Part shown: positions 53,450-62,792 of the stretch, one piece after another
Numbering within the stretch: position 1 is the first letter of the stretch
Layout: each line of letters begins with the position of its first letter
From: Pseudomonadota bacterium
GTDB lineage: Bacteria; Bdellovibrionota_C; UBA2361; OMII01
NCBI GenBank assembly: GCA_038134595.1
Contig: JAYPVM010000001.1
Coordinates: 134,199 to 198,198 of the forward strand
Reading direction: 5' to 3'
DNA length: 64,000 bases
Notes under the pieces: generated by a model
Told to the model about the DNA's origin: nothing
The model's database searches: none
The model's input: only the letters and a program-made list of their open reading frames with translations
Translations under genes and position numbers: made by a program

Positions 53450-53884
53450 AAGTTGCCCGCCATGGTTTTTGTAAACAGGATATGCGTGACAGTATAAGTG
53501 AGATTCCGTGCGATTAGATAGCGGTGTAATGTATTTGCGTATTTATGAAAAAAATGCAGAGCTTTTTGAGGGAGGATGCGCTGTTGTGTTAGTTTCGACC
53601 TTGAAAAACCGATAAGTGACTGTAAGGCTGTTGGTTTAAGGCTAGTACGGGAAATTAAACAGCTTTCTATCTATAGGTTAAGGCAGAGCTCTCCATAGCT
53701 TAGCCTAAAGATTTCTCAGAAATGTTCCGTTTTTGTATGAGCAGGCGATTAGTAGGGTTGGCGCGAGATGTCGAGACTTTTGTTTCTCGCGAACCGAGGG
53801 CACAGATTAGCTAGAATAAGGACAATCCTACAGCTTGCGATTTTCTGAAGAGAGCGCTTAGCATAATCATCGTGAAGGTATAGT

Positions 53885-55003
53885 ATGAAAGAGAGAAGCG
53901 ATCGGGCGAATCCTTTAAAAACCGGTCCCTCGCAAGGCTCTCTTTTAGAGCTTACGCGTCCAAGTTCGATTGATTGGAATCATCTTCATCCAAGACAGTT
54001 TGCGATAGAAATATCAGACGATCCGACTTTGGTTGATAAGCAAAAAACTATTCTTAGAGAGGTTTCTGACAGGGTGCTCTCAGCGCTCGTCACGCTCTGT
54101 AAAGAGCGCGAGGCCTCCTCAAGCACTGAGGCGAGTGAAGCGCAAATCCAGCGACATCTGGCTTTGTTTGATGGTCTATTTCCCCCTAACCTTATTGAAA
54201 GAAGCATGCAAGATGCGCAAGCTGTTGGGGTAGGCCTCGATGTCGTTAATGAGGCGTATGCTAAGTTTCGCGAGAACTACCGGAATATGGGATGTAGTAA
54301 TGGCTCTACACCACTTATCTATCCGCTTGTGGGAGATGCATGCTCTATCTATCAATCGCTACTCTATCCGATTCTACCGCCTCGCTCGGATTTATTACTT
54401 CATCAGGTTGATCAAGGATTAAAAACCCTATCGGATAAAGATCCAGCTGGATTTATCGAGCTTGGCACTCGGTTAGCGTGGAATGCACTTGTATGCCAGA
54501 CAGGCATGCTGGATTCCGAGTCTCTCAGGCGAGAGCACTCGTTGCTATCCCCAGAAGTGCTCCATCGTTTGGCGATGGTCCCACTCCACAACAGTAAGCA
54601 GCAGGTTGTGCGACCGAGAGCTCTTAAAGCTCTTGAGCGTGCGTTGGCGGTAGGGCCCGATAGTCCAGGAAGAGATCTGGGCCCTACCGATAAGGACCTC
54701 GAGAGTTTTTCTCGAATATATCACCTTGCAGTGCATAAACAGCCTTTTTATGAAGGCAACAACCGTACGGGTTGGATGCTTGCAAATCAGTGGTTGCTGA
54801 AAAACTGTGGGGCCTACATCCCATGGGACCAGGAGTTAAAAGACAAACAGAATGCCCTTCCGGCTTTCGATCGTGAGAGTCTGCCGTTTTTCGCCCCTGA
54901 GATGCTGTTAGGTCTTCTTAAGGTCGGCCATGACAAAAAAAATGTGCGACAATTTGCAGACGAGTTGTATTCTAAAGTTCGTCTTGTAGCAGACCTAGAC
55001 TAA
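53885..55003 (+). CDS. Fic/Doc-like domain protein with non-canonical motif
   Basis: C-terminal YHLAVHKQPFYEGNNRTGWMLANQWL. Confidence 0.7.
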   Translation: MKERSDRANPLKTGPSQGSLLELTRPSSIDWNHLHPRQFAIEISDDPTLVDKQKTILREVSDRVLSALVTLCKEREASSSTEASEAQIQRHLALFDGLFPPNLIERSMQDAQAVGVGLDVVNEAYAKFRENYRNMGCSNGSTPLIYPLVGDACSIYQSLLYPILPPRSDLLLHQVDQGLKTLSDKDPAGFIELGTRLAWNALVCQTGMLDSESLRREHSLLSPEVLHRLAMVPLHNSKQQVVRPRALKALERALAVGPDSPGRDLGPTDKDLESFSRIYHLAVHKQPFYEGNNRTGWMLANQWLLKNCGAYIPWDQELKDKQNALPAFDRESLPFFAPEMLLGLLKVGHDKKNVRQFADELYSKVRLVADLD

Positions 55004-55074
55004 GCCTCAAGGGCTTTATGGCTATAGTTTGATAAGGGCTCACACTGTATGGATTTCTCTGCTTGCAACTGATG

Positions 55075-55569
55075 TCAGAGTGGGATTGTCGATACGAGCG
55101 CGCGTATTTTTCGCTCCTTTCGCCGCATTTTTTGCGCCTCCGAAGTCGAGACGTTTTCGTGATCGTATCCGCATAGATGAAGAATTCCGTGAGTGATAAG
55201 TCGTAGGAGTTCATCTTCTTTGCTTGTCTCAAACTTTGTTGCCTGTTTGAGTGTTGTTTCGGTAGATATTACAAGATCACCTAGATAGGTGTTAGAAGGG
55301 TCTTCCAACGTTGCTATCCCGCGGAGCTCATCTCTCGGAAATTGAGGAAAGGATAAAACGTCTGTGGTTTTGTCTTTGTTGCGAAACTCTCTGTTAAGCT
55401 CTCGCATCTTTTCGTCATTTGTTAAAAGAATATGGAGCTCTGAGATTGCGGGAGGAGTGATATCAGTTTCTACGTGCAAAAGTATTTGCTCAGAGATAGA
55501 GCGTATAAACTTAGCAGAGAGTCCGAGCGCTTTGCTTTCAATTGTAAGATGAATTTTCCAGCGACGCAT
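55075..55569 (-). CDS. ybeY: rRNA maturation endoribonuclease YbeY
   Basis: LNREFRNKDKTTDVLSF, LGDLVIS, HGILHLCGYDH. Confidence 0.96.
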   Translation of the reverse strand: MRRWKIHLTIESKALGLSAKFIRSISEQILLHVETDITPPAISELHILLTNDEKMRELNREFRNKDKTTDVLSFPQFPRDELRGIATLEDPSNTYLGDLVISTETTLKQATKFETSKEDELLRLITHGILHLCGYDHENVSTSEAQKMRRKERKIRALVSTIPL

Positions 55570-55591
55570 AGTGATTGATAGAACGGCGGGA

Positions 55592-57169
55592 CTATTCGAT
55601 ACCCAGTCGTTTTAGGTTTTCTTCTTTTGGTTTTTTTTGAGTCTCTTGCGTTGATTCTTTATCTTTTACGTCAAGGGGCTCCTTTGTTTTTTCGGCCGGT
55701 TCAGCATATGCGATACGTTGGTGATAGATTCCTGTTAGAACTCGCGTGAAGCAGCGAGCAATTTGATGGAGATCTCGTAGTGTTAGTTCGCACTCGTTGA
55801 GCTCGCCGCTGGTAAATACTTTGTTTACCATCTTTTGTACGAGCCCTTGAATTCGATCCTGAGTAGGCTCTTGCAGTGTACGCATCGCCGCCTCAATGCC
55901 ATCAGCAAGCATTAATAGCCCCGCTTCTTTTGTTTGGGGGCGTGGCCCCGGATATTGATAGAGTGCTTTGTCGACACCATCAGGGTCTCCACCCGACTCT
56001 TCTGCTTCCTTGCGGGCCTTGTCGTAGAAATAATCGATGACGGATGTGCCGTGATGCTGTGGAATCATATCTTCAATGACCTGCGGCAAGCGGTGGCGTC
56101 TTGCGAGATCGATACCATCTTTTACATGTGCGCGAATAATAAGAGCAGACATTGAAGGGCTGAGCTTATCGTGACGGTTCTCGCCGGGCGTTTGGTTTTC
56201 GACGAAGTATAAAGGCTTCTTGCTTTTGCCGATATCATGAAAATATGCACCAACCCGACAGATGACGGGATTGGCACCGATCGCAGATGCCGCTGATTCT
56301 ACCATCATTCCTATCACCATCGAGTGATTCCATGTTCCAGGTGCTTGCACACTAAGCTCTTTAAGGAGCGGATGATCGAGTGTTGCCATCTCAATTAATC
56401 GCATGTCCGAGGCATATCCGCCAAAGAATTCAACGAGTGGTGTGCACGTAATAGCAATTAACGCCGCGATGCCACTACTGAGAAAACAGCCGAGAATTCT
56501 AGCGACAACATCGAGAGGACCCGCGACCGGGTCGATGGCAAGTGAGATGAGCGCAAATGGGATCATACTTCCAGCAATCCATGCGGCACCTCGAAGGTAT
56601 GTTGAGCGAGAGCGCACTCCTCGCCTGAAGACGAGGCATGCGACCACAGAGCTTGTGACAACTAAGGGCACTAATATTGGAGCATTTGGTGAATACAATC
56701 CAAAGAGAAGAGCCGCCATTGCGGCACTATAGAGGCCAAATTGAACTCCGCGAATCGATTGCATAACGAGCGCTATTGCGACGTATGGAAGCATAAATGC
56801 GATGGATAGATCTGAGATGCGAGTTGTTGTGGTGTCGTGCCAGCCCGCATAGGTAAGAAGTGCGATAATCATTACTTTCGTGAGGGCAACGCAAGCGACT
56901 GCTATAACCAGCGACATGCAGAGGGTGATATGTACCTTCTTGTCGTTAGCTTGGTATCGTGAAAATAGCTGTTGCGCACCGAAGTAAAGGGCTAGTATCG
57001 CCGACCATGTTCCTAGCGGTCGCAAAATACGAGTCGCGAGGGTGGTAGAGTCCATGAATCCACCTAGCAATGCTTCGGCGCACACAGCTACGAGGAGAAA
57101 CGATAAAACGAGTGTTGTGGTAGCTCCCCGTTTGGTTGAAATAATATCGTTAATTTTCGTCGTGGTCAT
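55592..57169 (-). CDS. 7TM-HD (HDIG) phosphohydrolase, PgpH/YqfF-like
   Basis: Multiple TM helices followed by APGTWNHS, YFHDIGK, YFVENQ, QHHGT, YPGPRPQTKEA, MLAD. Confidence 0.92.
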   Translation of the reverse strand: MTTTKINDIISTKRGATTTLVLSFLLVAVCAEALLGGFMDSTTLATRILRPLGTWSAILALYFGAQQLFSRYQANDKKVHITLCMSLVIAVACVALTKVMIIALLTYAGWHDTTTTRISDLSIAFMLPYVAIALVMQSIRGVQFGLYSAAMAALLFGLYSPNAPILVPLVVTSSVVACLVFRRGVRSRSTYLRGAAWIAGSMIPFALISLAIDPVAGPLDVVARILGCFLSSGIAALIAITCTPLVEFFGGYASDMRLIEMATLDHPLLKELSVQAPGTWNHSMVIGMMVESAASAIGANPVICRVGAYFHDIGKSKKPLYFVENQTPGENRHDKLSPSMSALIIRAHVKDGIDLARRHRLPQVIEDMIPQHHGTSVIDYFYDKARKEAEESGGDPDGVDKALYQYPGPRPQTKEAGLLMLADGIEAAMRTLQEPTQDRIQGLVQKMVNKVFTSGELNECELTLRDLHQIARCFTRVLTGIYHQRIAYAEPAEKTKEPLDVKDKESTQETQKKPKEENLKRLGIE

Positions 57170-58142
57170 AGGCTTGAATTATCCTTGAAACAAGTGGATG
57201 CCGCACAACATCTTCATCAGTAAAGTGAATCGTTGCGATTCCTTTTACGGATCGCAATATCTTTAAAGCGTGACTTAATCCTGATTCAATACCTCTGGGC
57301 AAGTCAATTTGCGTCACGTCTCCTGTTATAACACACGTAGAGCCAAAACCTAACCGTGTTAAAAGCATTTTCATTTGAACTGGCGTTGTGTTCTGTGCCT
57401 CATCTAGGATAACAAATGCATTGGATAGCGTTCTTCCACGCATAAATGCAAGTGGGGCTACTTCGACAACACCACGCTCAACCATCTCTTTTGCCCTCTC
57501 GGGTTCAACCATATCATGAAGGGCGTCATAGAGTGGGCGTAAGTAGGGATTTACCTTTTCTGCCATATCACCTGGAAGAAATCCCAGCTTCTCACCGGCT
57601 TCAACTGCAGGTCGACATAAGACGATGCGCTTTACTTCTTTGTTTAAGAGCGCTGTTACTGCCATCGCCATGGCAAGGTATGTTTTTCCGGTTCCCGCTG
57701 GCCCGACTCCAAATACCACGCCGTTTTGTTTGATTGATTCGATATAATTTTTTTGTCGAAATGTCTTTGGTACGATCTTTGTTCGCTTGCCAGCGACTCG
57801 AATCTCGTCTCGAAAGAGGTCTTCCAATCGAAGTTTCCGATTGCCTGAGAGCATCTTTATAGCGCGCTCTACATCCCCTCTAAAAATAAACTCTCCGGAA
57901 GCAACGAGATCTCTTAGTTGTGTAAGAAGGTCATGGCCTAGCTCAACGTCTGTGTCTTGTCCTGCAAGCGATAGACCTTGTGGTGTTCTGCCGATCTTCA
58001 ATCCAAGTTCCCGCTCAACAGTTCGGAGGTTCTCATCGGCGTCGCCCACTAGCGATTGCAGCACGTGGGAATCTGGGAAGGGTACTTCCATCTCTTTGTT
58101 TTCTCCCTTGGGGTCGCTTGCTCTTCGTCCGTATCCAGTCAT
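57150..58142 (-). CDS. phoH: PhoH-like ATPase (YbeZ)
   Basis: GPAGTGKT, RPAVEAGEKLGFLPG, FMRGRT, DEAQN, DVVRH. Confidence 0.96.
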   Translation of the reverse strand: MTGYGRRASDPKGENKEMEVPFPDSHVLQSLVGDADENLRTVERELGLKIGRTPQGLSLAGQDTDVELGHDLLTQLRDLVASGEFIFRGDVERAIKMLSGNRKLRLEDLFRDEIRVAGKRTKIVPKTFRQKNYIESIKQNGVVFGVGPAGTGKTYLAMAMAVTALLNKEVKRIVLCRPAVEAGEKLGFLPGDMAEKVNPYLRPLYDALHDMVEPERAKEMVERGVVEVAPLAFMRGRTLSNAFVILDEAQNTTPVQMKMLLTRLGFGSTCVITGDVTQIDLPRGIESGLSHALKILRSVKGIATIHFTDEDVVRHPLVSRIIQAYDHDEN

Positions 58143-58450
58143 TGGCTGATCTTACTAGTAATTGGTTTTTTCGGCTACTACGTGGCTTCTTTCGGAATGC
58201 AATGCCTCCCCTGTGGTGGCAACGTCGGAACGTGCAACAATCTTAACAAAGTGGAGCGATTGCTCTTTGAGAAGTCGTAAGGTGCTGAAAAAACGATCTC
58301 TATTAGGGGTGGGGATTTTCATTAGAGAGGTAGCAACTCAAAATCCGTTAACCCATTGTGCGTAGGAGGTAGTTGAAATAGCTAAAGGTATCTGATTAGA
58401 CGGAAGAGCTCTATGAACATTGTTAGAGCCGATGATACTAGTGTTAATGA

Positions 58451-59719
58451 TTATTCAAAACTGACTGGGTAGGTATCAGGTATGGGAAGTGTAAGGAGTG
58501 TCCTGCGAAGCATATCGAGTGCTACAAAGGAGGCGTATTTTCGAATGATCTCTCTGGTGTTCGGATAGTAGCATTGTCGCACCACCGTTTCGTTAGGCCC
58601 AGCAAGCGCCATAAAAACCGTTCCGACAGGTTTGCTGTCGGTGCCACCATCGGGACCTGCGACTCCGCTAATTGCAATGCCGTATGTTGCGCCCAAAAGC
58701 TCTCTTACGGACTCCGACATTGCTTGAACAGTTTCTGCGCTTACCGCGCCATGTTCCAGCAGTATTTTGTTTGGCACTTGGAGAAGGTCTTCCTTAGCTG
58801 AATTGGAGTAGGAAACGACACCTCCCCTGAATGTATGACTCGCTCCTGGAATCTCGGTAAGATATCCAGATAACAATCCGCCTGTGCAAGACTCTGCTGT
58901 TGCTACTGTTTCATTTTTACTTTCCAGTAGGCGTTGTACGATAAGGGGTAAGGTGTCCGACTCTTTGGTAGCATAAATATATTCTGATTCAATTACTGCC
59001 GCGACGTCACGTAGCGATTGGGTAAGATCTAATGACGCGGGGGCTTTTAGCGTGACGTGCACCTCACGAAATGCTGCACGATATGATACTAAGACATCTT
59101 TGTTTTGCGCGATCGTTCTTACGCGACTTCCGACAATAGACTCAGGAAGACCGAAGGTTTTTAGGACCTTGGTTTGGATTCGAGTCGTGCTTCCGGCGTG
59201 TTGTGTGATGTGCGGAAGAACAGAAGATCGAAACATCTGCTCAAATTCACGGGGGACGCCTGAGAGCGAGCAGATAGATGTGCCACTTTGAGAGTTGGAG
59301 ATAAATCCTGGCGCGGTTCCGTGCTCGTTTTCGATGACGCTTGCGCCTTCGGGAATGAGGGCCTGGATGTAATTTTGCTTGTCGATAGCACGCTTTCGTC
59401 TCTCGAAGAATGCCTCAAGGTTTCTTCTCGCATCAGGATGCTCTTTGAGTGAAACCTTACAAAATGTCGCCACAACCTCTCGGGTGAGATCGTCGGTAGT
59501 TGGACCCAATCCCCCTGAGGTGATGATGCAGTCGCTGACCGCACTTAGTTGCGCAAGGGCTTCAAGGAGCTCGTTCGTATCGTCGGTAACGGTCATGATG
59601 CGGGATAGCGATAACCCCAGGGAAGCAAGCTCTCTAGCTACGAGATTTGAGTTTGTATCGACGACTCTTCCATCGAGTATCTCAGAGCCGGTAGCAAGAA
59701 CGGAAACCCGATAGGTCAT
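58451..59719 (-). CDS. cinA: Competence/damage-inducible CinA (MoCF + PncC domains)
   Basis: GSEILDGRVVDTN, GGLGPTTDDLT, AESCTGG, SGVAGPDGG, KPVGTV. Confidence 0.94.
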   Translation of the reverse strand: MTYRVSVLATGSEILDGRVVDTNSNLVARELASLGLSLSRIMTVTDDTNELLEALAQLSAVSDCIITSGGLGPTTDDLTREVVATFCKVSLKEHPDARRNLEAFFERRKRAIDKQNYIQALIPEGASVIENEHGTAPGFISNSQSGTSICSLSGVPREFEQMFRSSVLPHITQHAGSTTRIQTKVLKTFGLPESIVGSRVRTIAQNKDVLVSYRAAFREVHVTLKAPASLDLTQSLRDVAAVIESEYIYATKESDTLPLIVQRLLESKNETVATAESCTGGLLSGYLTEIPGASHTFRGGVVSYSNSAKEDLLQVPNKILLEHGAVSAETVQAMSESVRELLGATYGIAISGVAGPDGGTDSKPVGTVFMALAGPNETVVRQCYYPNTREIIRKYASFVALDMLRRTLLTLPIPDTYPVSFE

Positions 59720-61053
59720 GCCGCTTTCTTTTCGTTGTGACGTGATGCGGCAACCGAGATGCTTTGATGCTCTTTGCGTATCTTTGCCAACATCATATGA
59801 ACGGAACGAGGTGCTTTGATAGAAGGCCCTGTTCGTACAACCTTGGCTTTCATTGGGTCAACGTATCGACCCTTATCAAACATTCCGAAGTGTAGGTGCG
59901 GACCGCTTGCAAGACCAGTGCTTCCGACTTTTCCAATAACCATCCCTCTAGATACTTTTGCGCCAACACGCGCTGAAGAGGCAATTTTAGATAAGTGCAT
60001 GTACTCTGTGGTGTACCGTGCGTTGTGTCGAACGCGTACCATATACCCGGTTGATTTCTTGTATCCCGAAAAGATCACCTTACCATCGCCGACAGTGCGG
60101 ACCGGAGTTCCGGTGGGAGCCGCAAAATCGATTCCATTGTGAGGACGAGAGTGACGGAGGACAGGGTGGAACCTCGATTTTGAGAAAACAGAGGAGACCC
60201 GAGTAAACTTAACCGGATAGCGAAGAAATGCCGAGGTTGGCATTTCACCTTGTTCATCAAAGTATCGAACAGTACCGTCTGATGCCACATCTCGAACCAC
60301 TGCATATAAATTGCCTTGAATTCGAATCGATGCTGCTTTTATAGGCCCAGTGCTGATGACCGTTCCGTCTTCCAAGCTACGTTCATCGTATAGCACAGTA
60401 AAGGTGTCTCCTTCCCGAATGTCTTTTCGGAAGGCAATTCGATTCCCAAATAAATCAACGAGATCGTCTACAACCGAATACGGAAGATCTAAATTTCTTG
60501 CAGAGCTTACAAGAGACGAGAATATTGCTCCTGAGACGTTTCGCTCCTGTGTTGAGATGGCAGCTTGCTCAATTCGAGGCGCATATCCCTCTTCGAATCC
60601 CCCCTCTACAACCAAGGTGGCACCTTCTCCGAGGTCGCGTTTTACTTCAACTACATCATCTCCTTGGCGGGTGATTGTGAGTTGCTCGCCTGCTCGTATG
60701 TGAGGATGCTTTTTCGAGAATGCTTTGACAAAAGAGTGCAGGGCATGAGGTGCGCCTTTGATATCCCGCCACAAAGACGAAAGGGTGTCCCCTCTCTTTA
60801 TTGTGAGAGTAAATTCCTCATGGGATGGCTCTTCTTTTTTTTGCTCTGTTACTGGAGAAAAGTTTTTTGCGCCTGCAATTTCAGTTAAAAAGCTCTTGTT
60901 TTGAAAAGGACTATGCTTGCTGTATAGCAGCTTTTCAGATTCATTGAGTGATAGGAAGTTTCTCACGGAGTCCCGAATGGGAGTCTTTTTGAAAACCAAA
61001 ACAGCGAGTGTGCAGACAATAATGCCCCGAGCAAATCTTGATAAAAATTTCAT
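59716..61053 (-). CDS. M23 peptidoglycan DD-endopeptidase (MepM-like)
   Basis: HNGIDF, YMHLS, GSTGLASGPHLHF; LysM-like IKRGDTLS; N-terminal anchor. Confidence 0.93.
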   Translation of the reverse strand: MKFLSRFARGIIVCTLAVLVFKKTPIRDSVRNFLSLNESEKLLYSKHSPFQNKSFLTEIAGAKNFSPVTEQKKEEPSHEEFTLTIKRGDTLSSLWRDIKGAPHALHSFVKAFSKKHPHIRAGEQLTITRQGDDVVEVKRDLGEGATLVVEGGFEEGYAPRIEQAAISTQERNVSGAIFSSLVSSARNLDLPYSVVDDLVDLFGNRIAFRKDIREGDTFTVLYDERSLEDGTVISTGPIKAASIRIQGNLYAVVRDVASDGTVRYFDEQGEMPTSAFLRYPVKFTRVSSVFSKSRFHPVLRHSRPHNGIDFAAPTGTPVRTVGDGKVIFSGYKKSTGYMVRVRHNARYTTEYMHLSKIASSARVGAKVSRGMVIGKVGSTGLASGPHLHFGMFDKGRYVDPMKAKVVRTGPSIKAPRSVHMMLAKIRKEHQSISVAASRHNEKKAA

Positions 61054-61304
61054 AGCCGTCTGACTTTATGATGGATAGATGTTGGAATACAAGCACCTAG
61101 GTAAATAATATACCGATGTTATTGTGAAAATGTGTTTTTTGACTAGGGGTCTTTTAGTAGCGGAGAGTTAAAACCTACTTCAATTAGGAGTGTATCTCTC
61201 AGGGGTGTAACATGAGAGTATGGAAGTGACTACTGGGGAGAGAATGCTCCGGAAGTTACTGCGGCAGATTTGGTTTAACGTGTTGAAAATACAGTTGGAT
61301 TGTT

Positions 61305-61715
61305 GTGATAGTCATTGCAGTTGATGTTGGCACCGTTCGCGTGGGTGTCGCGTGGGGGGATTCTGAGTTGGGGCACTGTTTTCCTGTTGCAGTGTTTGAC
61401 CGCGCGCAGGGGCGCGCTGAGAGTGCCCTAAAAAGCCTCATTGATGAAAAGAGTGCAAGCCAACTCGTAATTGGTTTGGCTTTGGGTTCGCAGGGAGAAG
61501 AAACAGAGCTATCTCAAAACGCCCGAAGGTTTGCCAAAAGGCTATCAAAGAGAGTGGCTATACCGATTTTCTTTGTTGATGAGGCATTTTCCTCCGATGA
61601 GGCCAGAGAGAGGCTACAGAGCGCTGGCGCAGATAGAAAGAATCTCGATGCATATGCCGCTAGCATTATACTAGAACGGTTTTTTTCGGATAAACAATCT
61701 GGCCGGAAATTATAA
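61305..61715 (+). CDS. ruvX: YqgF/RuvX pre-16S rRNA nuclease
   Basis: IAVDVGTVRVGVA, VIGL, VDEAFSS, LDAYAASIIL; followed by mltG. Confidence 0.92.
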   Translation: MIVIAVDVGTVRVGVAWGDSELGHCFPVAVFDRAQGRAESALKSLIDEKSASQLVIGLALGSQGEETELSQNARRFAKRLSKRVAIPIFFVDEAFSSDEARERLQSAGADRKNLDAYAASIILERFFSDKQSGRKL

Positions 61716-61718
61716 AGA

Positions 61719-62750
61719 GTGTTTGCCATGCGTCGATTTATCACGAGCCTCTTAATTATATTTGTCCTGGTTTTTCTTTCGCTTGGAGTCGCAGGATACG
61801 CGCTCTATGACCGATTTGTTAAGACCCCTTTAGAGCCGAGCGCGTTAGAGGTGCGTGTGTTTGATACAGCTCCGTCTAATTCCGTCGGTCAGATAGCGCA
61901 GCGCCTCGAGCGCGAGGGATACATTCGAAGCGCATGGAGTATTCGGATGCTGTCTCGGTGCCAAAAGAAGGACACGTCCATTAAGGCCGGTGAGTACGAG
62001 CTTGCCCCTTCAATGACTCCTCAGGAGATTCTCGATAAAATGGTGCAAGGGGAGATGCTTCAACGTAGGACAACGATTAAAGAGGGAATGACTGCTAAAG
62101 ATATCGTAAAAGCATTTGATGAATCGGGTGTTGTCGGGCAGGAAAGCCTTGAAGCTGCGTTGCGTGATCAGGGTCTTCTGAGCGCACTTCATATTCCAGC
62201 CGACTCATTTGAGGGGTATCTTTTTCCTGAAACCTATAATTTCCCCAGAAATACGAAGGCGTCCGTTGTTATTACTGCCATGGTTGAAGAGCTTAATAAA
62301 AAGTGGGCACCCGAATGGTCGCAGCAGTTAGAAGCTCTGGGTATGAGCAAGCATGAGCTTATAACGCTTGCTTCGATTATCGAAAAAGAGTCCGGAAACT
62401 TCGAAGAACAGCCTGTTATTTCCTCTGTGTTTCACAATAGACTGCGCTATAAAATGCGACTTCAAGCTGACCCGACAGTAATTTATGGAATCCCTAATTT
62501 TAACGGCAATATTACCAAGCGAGATCTAGAAACATATTCAGCCTATAATACCTATACTATAGATGGATTGCCTCCCGGACCAATTGCCAACCCCGGATTG
62601 AGCGCGATCAAGGCGGCATTGTATCCAGCCACAACTAAGTTTCTGTATTTTGTGGGAAACGGAGATGGAAAACACGTGTTCTCCGATACTCTTGGTGAAC
62701 ATAACAGAGCCGTCAATAAATACCAGCGAAGACGACGAGCACGGAAGTAA
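61719..62750 (+). CDS. mltG: Endolytic transglycosylase MltG
   Basis: IKAGEY, EGYLFPETY, LASIIEKE, LQADPTVIYG, GLPPGPIANPG, LYFV. Confidence 0.96.
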   Translation: MFAMRRFITSLLIIFVLVFLSLGVAGYALYDRFVKTPLEPSALEVRVFDTAPSNSVGQIAQRLEREGYIRSAWSIRMLSRCQKKDTSIKAGEYELAPSMTPQEILDKMVQGEMLQRRTTIKEGMTAKDIVKAFDESGVVGQESLEAALRDQGLLSALHIPADSFEGYLFPETYNFPRNTKASVVITAMVEELNKKWAPEWSQQLEALGMSKHELITLASIIEKESGNFEEQPVISSVFHNRLRYKMRLQADPTVIYGIPNFNGNITKRDLETYSAYNTYTIDGLPPGPIANPGLSAIKAALYPATTKFLYFVGNGDGKHVFSDTLGEHNRAVNKYQRRRRARK

Positions 62751-62792
62751 GTGGGCAAAAGAGATAGAGAGGAGGGGCGAGAGCAGATTGCG

